This document shows, piece after piece, positions 1 to 12,955 of a stretch of 64,000 nucleotides of DNA (its first letter is position 1; every line of letters starts with the position of its first letter). The position numbers and the translations under genes were made by a program. The stretch is from positions 99,202,001 through 99,266,000 of the forward strand of contig NW_024704743.1 in the NCBI RefSeq assembly GCF_018977255.1, read 5' to 3'. A model generated the notes under the pieces. That model had not been told where the DNA came from. It was given only the letters and a program-made list of their open reading frames with translations, and searched no databases. The DNA is from Callorhinchus milii. Taxonomy: Eukaryota.

Positions 1-255
1 TTTTCACATTTTCAATGCGCTTCATAGAATATACTGTATAGTTGTGGGCGAAACGCAGCAGCCAATTGCACACAGTAGTGTACCACAAACAGCCGTGGAT
101 TGAGTGAACAAATTATTATTGTTTTTTTTCTCTCTCGAGGGATTATTATCAGGCGTGTGGAGAAAGGAAACTTGCCCAAAGTTTTGCCCTGCCGGGAATT
201 GAACCCAGGTCTCTCGCTTGCAAGGCGAGTGCTCTAACCACTGAGCTACAGGATC
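1..255 (-). mobile_element. tRNA-derived SINE, family A (tRNA-Ala-like head, Deu-like body, L2-like (TTA)n tail)
   Basis: Head GTAGCTCAGTGGTTAGAGC...TTGCAA...GGTTCAATTCC with A and B boxes; shared body with many copies. Confidence 0.85.
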
Positions 256-1958
256 TTCTTGGATTTGGGGGGGATATGGCTGCCACAGGAGAACCATATT
301 ATGATGCTATGAATTAATTGCTAATAAGGCCACATTTTGAATATTGTGTGAAATTTGGGGCAATCAAATAATGTGCTGGGGAATGTTGGGAGAAGGACAA
401 TCATTGTTTATTGTGAATAAAAAAGGTGTGTGTGACTGAGCGTTCTAGGTTAAGAAGCAACAACTTACAGACTTTCACACAAAATATCAACATGAATACA
501 TAACAAAACAATTGCTATATTTACTCACAAAAGATCACAAAAGAAGGGTTCAGCCAAAGGAGACCAAATCTGCCCATTTAATCACGATCTCATTGCAGCA
601 TCAAACTCTTTCTTAAATGAATCCATTCCTGGCACACATCAGAGAGGACAGAATAGAAAGGTTGTAGGAGAGGATTGCAGACTCATGTGGAGTGAAAACA
701 CCATGCAGGCTAGTTAGGCTAAGTAGCCGATTTTTGTGTTTAACATTCTATTTCATTCTTTGTAATTACAACACAATACAAGTTACATTTATAAAGGAGG
801 ACATTTCAAAGCATACATAGCACACTTCCCGTGTACCAGAGTGCAACCACACTATAATCAGACCTGCGCTTTACCAAAGTGCTTTATAATAGGGGTTGAC
901 TGTACTGTACACGGTTTAAGTCAATACATTCATATGTGTAACAAGGACAAATTCTTGCAAAACTTCCAAATGTGTTTATTAGAAGTAAAAGTTCCATTAG
1001 TTGTTTTCTTTTCATTTTTAATGTATTATATTTTGTTCCCCTCTTGAGGTTTCTATACCATTACCCAGACAAGAGGACAAGCAGTTAATCTATTGCCAGG
1101 CATCGAATATTGCCGCTGTGCAACTGGTTTCTAAGGAATGCATAAAGCCAGCACAGGGTGAAGCGCTCTACGATTTTCACAACCCGCCAGTGCAGAGGGG
1201 CTGAACTTCCACTGAAACTCAGCCTGACAACAAAGCACAAATAGCAACTCACTGGGTGGAGATTCATAGGGACAAACCTTCAATGGACCACTTCATGGCA
1301 TAGTACGACAGAGGGCCAATCTCTGTTCCTTACTGCTGCGTGCAGTGCCTCATCAGTAATATCACCTTCCTGAATTAAATCATTAACTTTCGCTGTTTTC
1401 CCCTTTTATTCCTTTCCCTTGATGCTCAGTCAGAGGTGATCAATTCAAGTGACATTATTCAACTGAAATGTCCATGCAATGACTGGGAGAAGGTCAGAAC
1501 CACATCTGGAACCTGCAAGTAGTCAGGCTCCGTTTGCTTTAGTTATGAGATAAGACTCCCCTGCTTTGAAACTTCACACTGTGATGTCAGTACTACACAT
1601 CTGCACTGTTTTAGACGTTGTAATTTATACAATATGTGTAGCCCAGAGTAGCATGCAATGCACATGCTTGTTTCCTTTTATATGTGAGTTGTAAGATTCA
1701 TTTCATAAACGGGAGATACTAACTGCATGTACCACAACTATTGTCTGTTTACAACTGTAAATTCCTTCTCCTTTGAAATGTGTTAAATGATTTTAAATCA
1801 AGTTAAACTTAAACCCAATAAGATAATAGAGTGAAGTAAAAATTGAAAACATTTGAAAAATCTATTTGGAAAATCAAACTGTATTCTTGCATTTGTAGCA
1901 GTTCACAGTGTTAAATCTTTGAATCACAGCAAATTAAATTAAAAAAAATAAAACATTT

Positions 1959-2470
1959 AGTCAGTCGGGTGTCTGACACATGTGGAAACCCATCACCGTG
2001 CTTAAGAGTATCCAAACCAAACTGAGAATTCCATGCATCCCATCTACACATGAAAACTCCAGAGATAGATTGCTGGAATGGAATGTGCACTCTCTCCCTG
2101 GAGGGATGAATCCTGCTTACCTAATTCTGGAAAGTATTTGGCATAGTTTAGCAAGAGCCAAGGCTTGGGAACCCCAGAATGTGTGTTGGGGTAATGCTAG
2201 AGTCTAACCAGCTGAAACCGCATAGCTTGCCAATGATAGCACTGTCTGGCAAGCTTTCTCACTGCTTGTCCAGCTGGGACCACCCTACCCATTATGGCTT
2301 TGGCTTGCAGAGTTAACAGGAGCTGAGTGGGATGACTCCCTGCCCCCAGTGACTGGTTTGCCCTTCCAAGACCTGTCGGCAAGCCAGATGGGCTGGCTTG
2401 ATTCCAATATTCCGTTGCCAAACATGTCACCTTGGAGTGAGTTCAGCTCCAAAGGAGACCCAGCTCACCT
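1959..2470. repeat. Unclassified ~550-bp dispersed repeat, copy 1
   Basis: Homologous to 27702-28295, 30995-31150 and 39585-40155. Confidence 0.85.
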
Positions 2471-3060
2471 TTCCCCCACCCCACAAGGAGGATAGAATAA
2501 AAAAATATGGTACGTGTAGAAACAAAAAATAGCACCTTATAAAATTTGGGGCAGGGGAAAAATTGGTCCAACTGGTCTAGATTTACTCTATTTTCTTAGC
2601 ATTTCAGAATGGTGAAAATTGATAAAATCAGTCTTAACTTAGAAGCCTGTTTTGCTATAGTTTTTAAAAGAGCTAATCTAGACCCAGGTGAAAATTCTTT
2701 TGTGATTTTTTTTACATAATAACAGTTTTACACATACAGTTTCTATTTATTTTAAAATGGCTCCTAGGAAAATTCTTCTCCAATCTTCAGGGGCTATGAA
2801 GTTCTTTTGAATGTGAATATAGAATGAAATTTAAAATCAGTGACGTTATTATTGTATGACCGCTGTATGACGGGAATGTTTTTTTTTATAAATTCGGTTG
2901 CTTTATTAGAGCATTGGCATATCAGTCCGACAGAGGGGACAGATACTTAGCTCAATTCCTAATCTATACTGGATCGATCACATTGAGATATTCAAGGTGG
3001 TCTGTTGCACATCCTGTTAGTTGGTACCTGTGGTCTGGAATCAAGACTGTGAGCCTGTGC

Positions 3061-3289
3061 GGAGAAATTCTGTCTGGGTTTAGATTTACATAGTTTTGTA
3101 GCAATTCAGGATGAACAGGATTTAATAACTTGTTGAATTCCATCTTAACCTTTGAATATGATTTTCTATAGTTCTTAAAACTTACAGAAAACTATCTTCA
3201 AAAATAAAGCTGCGTTTAAGAATTTGCCAAATTCTGGATGGTCTGAAATGCCAAATAAATAATCTAGACCCAGGTGGAACTTCTCCCCC
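3061..3289. mobile_element. MITE with ~28-bp TIRs (approximately GGGGAGAATTCCACCTGGGTCTAGATTTA)
   Basis: Inverted termini visible; related copies at 7854-8073 and 2554-2698. Confidence 0.65.
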
Positions 3290-3357
3290 ACTGCACTCCT
3301 TGCTGCAGGACATAGACTAAATATTAGGCTTCAAAATGTAAAAGTAATGGGGATAAT

Positions 3358-3670
3358 ATAATAATAATCCTTGCATTTGATATAGTGCTTTTCACGTCTT
3401 CTAGACGTCTCAAAGCGCTTCATGGAATTTTTGTAAAGTGAATTAACTGTATATAATAATAATAATAATCCTTGCATTTGATATAGCGCTTTTCACGTCT
3501 TCTAGACGTCTCAAAGCGCTTCACAGAATATACTGTATAGTTAATTGATTGTATATTTGTGGGTGAAATGCGGCAGGCAATTGCGCACAGCAGTGTCCCA
3601 CAAACAGTTGTGGATCGATATGATCAATTTATTATTGTTTTTTTTCTTGAGGGATTATTATCAGGCATTG
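3358..3670 (-). mobile_element. SINE family A 3' part with a tandemly duplicated tail (about 3358-3455 repeated)
   Basis: Two consecutive copies of aataatccttgcatttgatatag...tctcaaagcgcttca. Confidence 0.8.
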
Positions 3671-4373
3671 TTTTATATTTTTTTATATTTTTTTTATATT
3701 TGTGGGCGAAAAGTGCACAGCAGTGTTCCACAGAGTGGCTCAAATGTTTAGGACTACGATATGGAACAATAACAACATTGCCTTTATGTAGCATCCTTCA
3801 CACAGCATGTCGACTCAGAGCACGGAACTAGAGTGCTGAATAATGCAATACCCAGTACCAAGTAGTAAACAAGTCATCAGAGAATATTCTCATTATATTC
3901 TCATTAGCCAGCAGAGGAAACTACAGCACTAATAAACAGTTTGGACATAAATCTTCATTCTTTATCTAAAATCTCTCAGAACGAAACCATCTGCCTTCCA
4001 GCCAAAACTATTGTTTTATATTAGAAACTTTTATAGGCCATTCAGCTCATTCTGAGTCTGTGCAGATGATAATCTTCAAATGACATTTCCTCGTCTTTCT
4101 CTAAATCCTTAATACACTTTCCCTCCCTCCCAAGTACTCACTCCCTTCTTTCTTATATCCATCAATCCATCCAATCAACCTCCTTTGTAAGTAACCATTG
4201 GATTCTGCGTCTCAGGTCTCATTCCCCCTTCTCACAACCCTGTATGTGAGATGGGCAACACAAAACAAATGGACTGTAGTCCATAAGTATCTTACAACAA
4301 TATGAATTTGTAGCCATGTGCTTGTAAATGATGTTTATAATCTAACATTTCTACAATTTAAAATCGTATTATA

Positions 4374-4684
4374 ATAATAATCCTTGCATATGATATAGCA
4401 CCTTTTCACGTCTGCTAGGTATCTCAAAGCACTTCACAGAATATACTGTAAAGTGAATTGACTGTATATTTGTGGGCGAAACGCGGCAGCCAATTGCGCA
4501 CAGCAGTGTCCCACAAACAGTCGAGGATTGAGTGACCAAATTGTTATTTTAGTTATTTCCTTGAGGGATTATTATCAGGCGTGTGGAGTAAGGAAACTTG
4601 CCCAAGGTTTCACCCTGCTGGGAATCAAACCCAGGTCTCTCGCTTACGAGGCGAGTGCTCTAACCACTGAGCTAAAGGACTCCA
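4374..4684 (-). mobile_element. SINE family A, full length
   Basis: Complete head, body and tail. Confidence 0.88.
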
Positions 4685-5729
4685 CTGAGTCGGAGCTTTA
4701 GCTGAATTACTTCCCTACCCACCACAAAAATAAAATGAAGAATTCTGCTGTAGTAATTCACTGGAGTCTGTATGCCTTCCCTCTCCACTAACTAATAGAA
4801 TGAAAGTTCTTTGACAGCATGCCAGTAAATTAGAATGGCGCTGAGCTATATCAGAACTGTGGTTGTGGTTGTCTTAATACTTGTGCCTTGGGAATCAAAC
4901 CACACCCTCTGTGACTTTCTGCTATTCATACTTTTTGAGGTTGGAGTTGAAGGCGAAAGGGACACTGGGATTTCATTTTCCAATTGAGCAGGCACGCAGC
5001 AGGCTGGTTACCTATCTGCCATAATGGAACCTTCAGAGCATCTGGTTCCCATCAGTGTTTACATCACAGTGTGTGTCAGAGTCATTAGATAACTCGAAGC
5101 ACATGTGTGCTTCCATTGAAAAATTCATTACGCTGCAACTTACTAGGCCCAGAAAGACTGAATACAGGCAGAAAGGTTTTGAAGAACTGATTATTCCAAA
5201 CCCCAAGTGCTAATCTTCATGTCTCCAGTTGCCAGTTTGCCTGCAGAGTGATCCTGGAACGAAAATCCATCAAACTTCCCGGCGCCTAGGTTCCCTAAAC
5301 CCCTCTTGAAATTATTTTTGTAACCATGTTACATGAAATAACAGAAACAGAACCAGGGAAAAAAAGAAAAAGAGCATGTTGTCTGCTATGAAAATAAGTC
5401 TTGCATTTGTTAAAGTGCCTTTCGCGTCGGAAGGACGTTCCAACCGCTTCACAGGATATATTGTGATGTGGGTGAACGCGGCAGCCAATTTGTGGGTGAA
5501 TTTGGCAGTCAATTTGTTTACAGCAATGTTCCACAAACAACCGTGAAGTGACTAACCAACTTTGGATGATTGTTGGCCAGGAAACCAGGAGAAACTCCCT
5601 TCTCTTTTTGAATTGTACCATGGAATTTGTAACGTCCACCTTAACAGGCAGACGGGGCCTCGGTTTAATGTCTCATCCGAATGATGGTACCTCCGACAAT
5701 GCAATATCCCCTCCCAGCACTGCACTATT

Positions 5730-6055
5730 GTGGAGTCCTGTAGCTCAGTGGTTAGAGCACTCGCTTTGCAAGTGAGAGACCTGAGTTCAATTCCAGGCAG
5801 GGCGAAACCTTGGGCAAGTTTCCTTACTCCACACGCCTAATAATAATCCCTCCAAAACCAAAAACAATAATTAAATTGGTCATTTTCAATCTACGACTGT
5901 TTGTGGGACATTGCTGTGCGCAATTGGCTGCCGCGTTCGCCCACAAATATACAGTCAATTCACTTTACAGTGTGTTCTGTGAAGCGCTTTGGGACGTCCT
6001 CCTGACGTGAAAAGCGCTATATCAAATGCAAGGATTATTATTATTATTATTATTA
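5730..6055 (+). mobile_element. SINE family A, full length, nested in an older family-B SINE
   Basis: Complete copy; the older minus-strand SINE (about 5395-5727) resumes at about 6062-6170. Confidence 0.88.
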
Positions 6056-7853
6056 CTATTGGGGAATGTCATCTTAGACTATATGAATTCCATGTTCTGG
6101 CATGCAGCTTGACAACTGAAAATCTGCTGACTAGAAGTGAGGGTGCTACCAACTGAGACAGGCTAACACAATTCCCAGGCTCCACTATAATTGTCCTGAT
6201 AACAGTGATCAGGAAAAGTAAATTCCAATGTTTTTGTGTATCTATTAATGTGTCTAATGTCACACATTTGTGTGTATGACATCAGGTCAGCAACCCCCCA
6301 CCACTTTCCAGGAAATTGCTGCAAAGGTGAAAGGGGGGACTGAGGAAATGCATAACTGGGCACTCAGTACCTTCATTTTGACAACCTCATCCGTGCCATA
6401 GTATCCAAAGCATACAAGCACTATTACAAAGTCTATAAAGCTCAAAGTTAGGATACTTGCCAAGTCTTTTTCGTTACTGATCCAATAAGGGAGATACTTG
6501 TTCAACTATCACTTGCTTCCTTTAAAAGTATGGGTAGCAACCAAATAAGATCAAAGCAACTACTTATGCTGTAAAATGTTTAAATGTTCAAAGCGAAGTA
6601 AAATATATATATTAACAAGGTTGTTGAATTTAATAATCTATCTAATGGTAATGAATTGCAGGCAATGGCGTATAACTGTAAGAAAGAAATAGTCTGATTT
6701 TTATTTCACCAAATCATATCAAAACAGCATCTAGAATTTGCCAAATTGTCAAACACAGCCTCAGTTAATGTGACAGGCAATTATTGACAGGTGTAGTGAT
6801 TGTTTTCATCAATAAAGCCCCACAAAGAACTATGAAGCAAATGACGAATTCATCTGGTGGATCGTTGACCAAGACACTGAGCGAAACTCCTTCCTCTTTT
6901 TGAACTCAGGAAATTAAGCCAGAGAATAGTATGCATATTTTATGCCAGGTTCAGCAGAGTGCAGTGTCTGTAGTAGAGAAAATCCCAGATTGTGAAGGCG
7001 GTTTAAGTAACGGAACAGTGGCAGGATATGTCTGAGAAGGGGATGGACTGGAAAAAAGATACAGAGCAGGCCAGCGGTGGTATGGGGGAAGTTAAAGAAA
7101 ATGCATAGGAGGGCATGATTAACTGGAGGCAATTGTGTGTAAAGGGGCATCGGTGGGCCAGACTTGGTGTGAATGAATACCAGGGTAAAGGTGACTGAGG
7201 GGTATCACCTGGTAAGGAGAGAAACAGCCAAAGTGGGCAAAGGAAGAGGGACTCGGTCAATATATCCGGAGAGGGAGGCAATCCCGCTGCTTTTCCTGCA
7301 TCTCATGAAACTGCTTCAGTTTTAATCCAGTGGTGCCCAGCTTTCAAAACTGGTACTGAAAGGGTAAGTCAGCATTGGATTGTAACTGGCAGAGATTGAG
7401 CAGAAATGTGGTATCAATTACCAGCAGGAATGGAGAAACTGTGCATTCCTGTAATCTGAAAGGATTTCAGGCAATTCAGAACCTTTGACACCAGTTATAA
7501 AGTATTTGCCAGAAAACACTGACGCCACGTGATGCTTTACTCTTAAGTTGGAACAAGAAACTGTCTAACAAAAATGTCTAATTGCTGCCATTTATTGTAA
7601 AGCTGAATCTGATTTTTCCTCAGGATGGTTCATTTGGCTGTTTGGCTCATTTTCTGAATGTTTATTGCATTAAACTGTACAACAAAAAGCAAACTGACTT
7701 TAATTAACAGCTCTAAAGGAATTTTTTTAATAAAATAAATAAATTATTTTTTGAACAGCTCAGTAGATTCTAACTTACACTTCAAACTAATGCTAGCTAA
7801 TGGTATGTTCTCTGCTTTGAATGAAATATTCTATTATAAGCACATTATGAGAA

Positions 7854-8073
7854 GGGGGAAGAATTCCATCTGAGTCTAGATTTACTTGATTAACATCACC
7901 TTTCAGAGTATCCCGAATTTGCCAAATTCTCAACAATAGCCTTAATTTTTTGGCTGGTTTTCTGTATATTGCTTTAAGAGCTAAGAAAAATTACTTCAAA
8001 GTTGAGACTGAATTCTGGATGTTTTAAAACGCAATATAACTAGAGTATATCTAGATTCAGGTGAAATATGCCC
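7854..8073. mobile_element. MITE, same family as 3061-3289
   Basis: TIR remnants and shared internal AATTTGCCAAATTCT. Confidence 0.6.
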
Positions 8074-9837
8074 TTTAAACAGTTACCAACTGCTACAGAA
8101 CAGGGCATGTTTGACCTCAATATTTTATTACATTGTCGAGGCTCATTTTTGTCACCTGGGTTAAAGGAGAAAGGTTACTCTTTGAGAAAGTATCTACATT
8201 ACAAAGTGCTTCCCACCTGTAAACACTAAAAGTGCTGTTACAAATCTTCTAAACATTATAAGAAATCTTACTTTATGAAACTTTCTCTGATGATGGGAGC
8301 TAACATCCAATTCACTTTACAGTATATTCCGTGAAGCGATTTGAAATATCTCAACGACGTGATAAGGCACTATATCGAAAGCAAGGATTATTATTATTAA
8401 ATTCAGCTTTAAGTTAGAAGCCAATTTTCCCTAGTTTGTAAAATGAACTGCAACTTTTAAATTAGGACTGAATTTAAGAATTTTCCAAAATTCCAATTAA
8501 TCTTAGAATTTAAGAGATTTCAATTCAGGTCTCTGATTGACAATACCTACCTACCTACCAGAAATCAAAAAGAAATTAAAATGAAAAGAACCTATTAAAG
8601 GAAAGAACCATGAATTGTGAAAGCAATCTAACACAATCTACTTGTTCCCTGCCATCCAAAACAGCCTTGGTGAAGTCTTTGATAACCATCCTGATTTCTT
8701 GGTTTTTAGAGTATCTTACAACAATATGAATTTGTAGCAATTCATTCAAGCAGAGTCAAACTCTCTGCTTGAATTAATTGTGGAAATCTCTGCCACCCCA
8801 AATTCCAGTTGTTAGTGAATCCTGAAGACTGCTTCCCTTTATGCCGAGCTTCAGCTGTGTGATGCCTTTCTTCAGCCAGATCTTTATACGGTGTCATCAT
8901 TAATCTCATTTGTGCATAACTACTGTCAGTCTGCCTACCATCAGAAACCACATGATTTACCCCTTCAGTGTTTTCCTTCATCATTTTATTCCACCGCAGT
9001 CCACTCCAGCTGGGAGCGAGGAACAATCTGTGTCACAAACCTCTTGATCACTGTCATTGCTGCTCCATAACATGCCATCAGAGGTATGATTTAGTGGGTG
9101 CTGAAAGCTCTGTTCGTTAAGTAACTATGCCAGTGCATGACTTCCAGTAATTAAGTCCAGATAATGCTTGCAGTCACCACTGGGAGAGCACAGGAAATAC
9201 CAAGCAGCAAAAATAGGATTGTATCCTCTGGCTCACATATTCTATGAGTCTCCAGGGATCCTTCAACTACTCTCCTGTACCATCTGCTTCTCCTGCTTTC
9301 GGTTTCTTTCTTGTGACAATTGGATCCCTTGGAATGTTTCTTGTCAATAAATCCTGGAGATTTTTCCCCTTTATCTTCCCTTTCCAGCTGTGTGCATGCC
9401 TTTCTTCAAATACACAAGGCTAAAGTACTTTTTTTTAAAAAAGTTTACACATCCCATAGAAAATTGTCAGGACCAGAACTTTTACATAACATTTGCTTTC
9501 AATGATTTTTTATTTTGTTTTTCTCTTCAAGTTCACTAACGTGCCTTTTCTGACTTCTTGTGTATATACTTTGGCTACTTTGCAATGGTATTGCTGTCAA
9601 CCATTTAGTCAAACGTAAAATTTCTGCTCAATGCAACAATATTACCAGCACCCTAAGATTGTATAACAAGCCCAGCTTCCAAATCAAGATTGAATTGAAG
9701 AAGCTTGTTCACTGGGTTATTGAATTTGTTAGATTTGTTAATATGGTCTCTGACTACTCCACTCCATTCATCAACTTTATAGAATTTGTCTTTGCACACT
9801 TGTAATGTGCACCTTTAGTCATAATACTAATACTTAA

Positions 9838-10000
9838 TACTCAATCCACGACTGTTTGTGGAACACTGCTGTTCGGAATTGGCTGCTGAGTTTCGCCCAC
9901 CAAATGTACAATCAATTTACTTTATAGTATATTCTGTGAAGCGCTTTGAGATGTCTAGATGACGTGATAAGGTGCTATATCAAATGCAAGGATTATTATA
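9838..10000 (+). mobile_element. SINE family A, 3' half
   Basis: Body and tail only. Confidence 0.8.
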
Positions 10001-10893
10001 ATACGATTTTAAATTGTAGAAATATTAGATTATAAACATCATTTATAAGCACGTGGCTACAAATTCATATTGTTGTAAGATACTTATGGACTACAGTCCA
10101 TTTGTTTTGTGTTGCCCATCTCACATACAGGGTTGTGAGAAGGGGAAATGAGACCTGAGACGCAGAATCCAGAGAGAGGGAGAAAAGGAAGTGTATTTAG
10201 GATTTAGATAAAGGCGGGGAAATGCCATTAAAGATCTGGTATTATCGGCACAGACTCAGAATGAGCTGAATGGCCTATAAAAGTTTCTAATACAAAATAA
10301 TAGTTTTGGCGGGAAGGCAGATGGTTTCGTTCTGAGAGATTTTAGATAAAGAATGAAGATTTATGTCCAAACTGTTTATTAGTGTTGTAGTTTCCTCTGC
10401 TAGCTAATGAGAATATAATGAGAATATTCTCTGATGACTTGTTTACTACTTGGTACTGGGGATTGCATTATTCAGCACTCTAGGAATACATGGTCAACGG
10501 TTAACAGTGTCCCACAAACAGTCATATTATTTTCATATTGTAATATTTCCTAACAAGTGAGGAATTACTAGCCTTGTAGTTAAACTGTGGTAACTTCTGT
10601 ATGAGTGTGATATGTTCAGCACCATTTCATTAATATCTGTGATCTCGGAGCATTGAACCTTTACAGCATTTATCAATGGTACATTCAGTAATTAGTGAAA
10701 AGCTTCATAGGACTTTCATATGTTTCTCATGTCTGCTACACAAGGGCGATGGCATGTTATCAACAACATGTTCCCTGTTCCTACTAATCTGAACCAGACC
10801 CGTGTTCTTCTTTATCTATAACTATAAAACTGACAATAAAAACTCACTATGTAAAATTTTGAAGGGGTTCAATAAGGTGAACATAAATGAACT

Positions 10894-11172
10894 TCAGTAA
10901 ACCCTTGGATAAGCAGACTCCGGGTATTCAGATTTCATACCTAACTGGACCGGCCCGAAATTGAATTTTTTTAAAATAAAGCTTATGCACTATCTTCTGC
11001 TCGTGGGATTCAAGCAATTAAAATGCCGGTACCAGCATTTACCGATGTTTTTCGGTATTGAAAAACGCCGGTAAATGCCAGTACTGGTATTGTAATTACA
11101 ATTAGCCGAAATTCCGGCTCACTGGAGTAGATCTCCAGTTAATTGATGCGATTAGCTGGAGTTTTAGTATAT
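10894..11172. mobile_element. Tc1/mariner (Tigger/pogo)-like MITE with a central hairpin
   Basis: Termini CAGTAAACCC.../...GGAGTTTTAGTA; internal inverted repeat at 11016-11097. Confidence 0.5.
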
Positions 11173-12574
11173 TTCCACTTGTTGATAAGTTCATACCATG
11201 AGATCATAAATATAACATAGTTTAGCTCAGTTGGTAGCAACCTTGCCTCTGAGTGGGTGTCACAGGCAGGAGCTGCTTGGAGGACAGTCTGTGGTTCTCC
11301 TCAGGTGTCATGGCTTTCCTCTCCCAGCTCCCCATAATGAGGTGAGCTGTAATAGATTTGGGGGAGTTCAGCCCCTCTAGCGCTAGCCATCTGTCACCTA
11401 CATTGCAATGCAGTGCTTGGCTACATTGTTGGACTTGCTGTTCTGTGGATGAGACGTTAAACAAGGCTCGTCGCCTGTTTCAAGTGATGTTAAATATCCC
11501 ATGGCATTAATTGAAATGAGAAAGGAGTTTCTTCCAGTATCCTGACCAACAATCCCCCAGATAAAATTTGGTCATTCAATTCATGGCTGTTTGTGGGACA
11601 CTGCTGTACTAACTTGGCTGCTGAGCTCATCCACAAAATAAACAGTCACTTTACCATATACCTTGTAAAGTACATTGAGACGTCCTCCCGACTGCAAGGA
11701 TTATTTATTAGTATCATATACAGTGGAAGCAACAGGACTCCACTGTTAATGTTGGTTTCCTTATAAGGTGGATGCCCAGTGGACCGAGGATTGATTTGGG
11801 CTTGTGGATCAACCAGCAGACCTCCAGGTAATCAGATCACCCTTGAAGTCACTTCCTGCATGCTGCACAGGAAGTAATGTCAGCCTAATGACCTCGAAGA
11901 CAGCCATGTTTTAGTACTAGAAGCTGCCTGGCCTTCCTTGACTATTTCCCATTATAAAGTGGGTTAGAATTTGATGGATCCTAACTTCTGTCTTATTGTG
12001 AGGTTCTATTGTATTATTACAAAGATAATTATTAACGCACTGTGATTACCATTTACCAATGTTCATTTCACCTCAACACAGGATGAGGAAATATTTCAGC
12101 TGAAATAATATGAAAAGTAGGCAGAATTCCAGGGTTGCCTTTAATCTCCTAGCATATGACTCTGCTGTGCTGGCAGTATTCTGAGCAAAATTGACCGCTA
12201 TCTGATCTAACTGAGCACAAACAGGTCCTTTTATATATTAATGTTGAAATTCTATGTCAGGTACTAATAGTGTCTTGTATGACAAATGCCATCATACAAA
12301 AAGCACTGTTAGCATTATTTATCATTACATAAATGTTGTATAATCCGTATATGTTGCAAAGTAAAATAATCATAGAGTGTGTCACAGGTAGTAATCAAAA
12401 ACTTCATACACAATAGTTGGGCAAAAGAACTAGTTGATAGTGCTTCTTTAACATTTTCGCATGCCGTGTTTCTAAAATACGTCGTTCCTCACACTAGAGT
12501 GCATGAATAGCAAAAATATTCACGGGCTCAGGTTTTAGAAACAGAAGGGCAAAATGGTGCTTTGCAACCATCAG

Positions 12575-12955
12575 GTATCAGCTTGGGTCATCTCTCTTCT
12601 CTGAGTCAAAAGGTTGTGGGTTCAAGTCCCACTTCATGACTTTTGAGCTCATTGTATAGGCTGACGCTCCAGTGTAGTGCTGCATTGTTAGAGGTTCCAT
12701 CCTTTGGATGAAATATTAAACAGAAGTAATATCTGCCAATTCCAGTGGACGTTAAAGATCCTATGCAATATTCAAAAAGAAGGCAATTTCTCTCAGTGTC
12801 CTGGCCAACAATCCCATGATAAAAATGGTTATTCACTTAATGGCTGGCTGTGGGATATTCTGTGCGCAAATTATCACACATTAAAATAAATCATGTGAAG
12901 CATTTTAAGACGTCCTCCTGAAGTGAAAGGAACTTTATCAAATGTAATGATTATT
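12575..12955 (+). mobile_element. Older DeuSINE-like family B (SacSINE/AmnSINE-like core)
   Basis: Core GTGGACGTTAAAGATCC...GTCCTGGCCAACAATCC after a tRNA-like head. Related copies at about 11220-11705, 16420-16665, 21590-22032, 42015-42425, 47185-47355 and 49995-50435. Confidence 0.75.

Noticed and set aside
1330..1376. Minus-strand IQEG resembling the start of COLEC12 exon 3
   Set aside because: No AG acceptor and no following CTKC or transmembrane segment.
5730..5805. tRNA-Ala-like sequences here and at other SINE heads
   Set aside because: They continue into a shared SINE body and tail and lack a proper acceptor stem, so they are SINE heads rather than tRNA genes.
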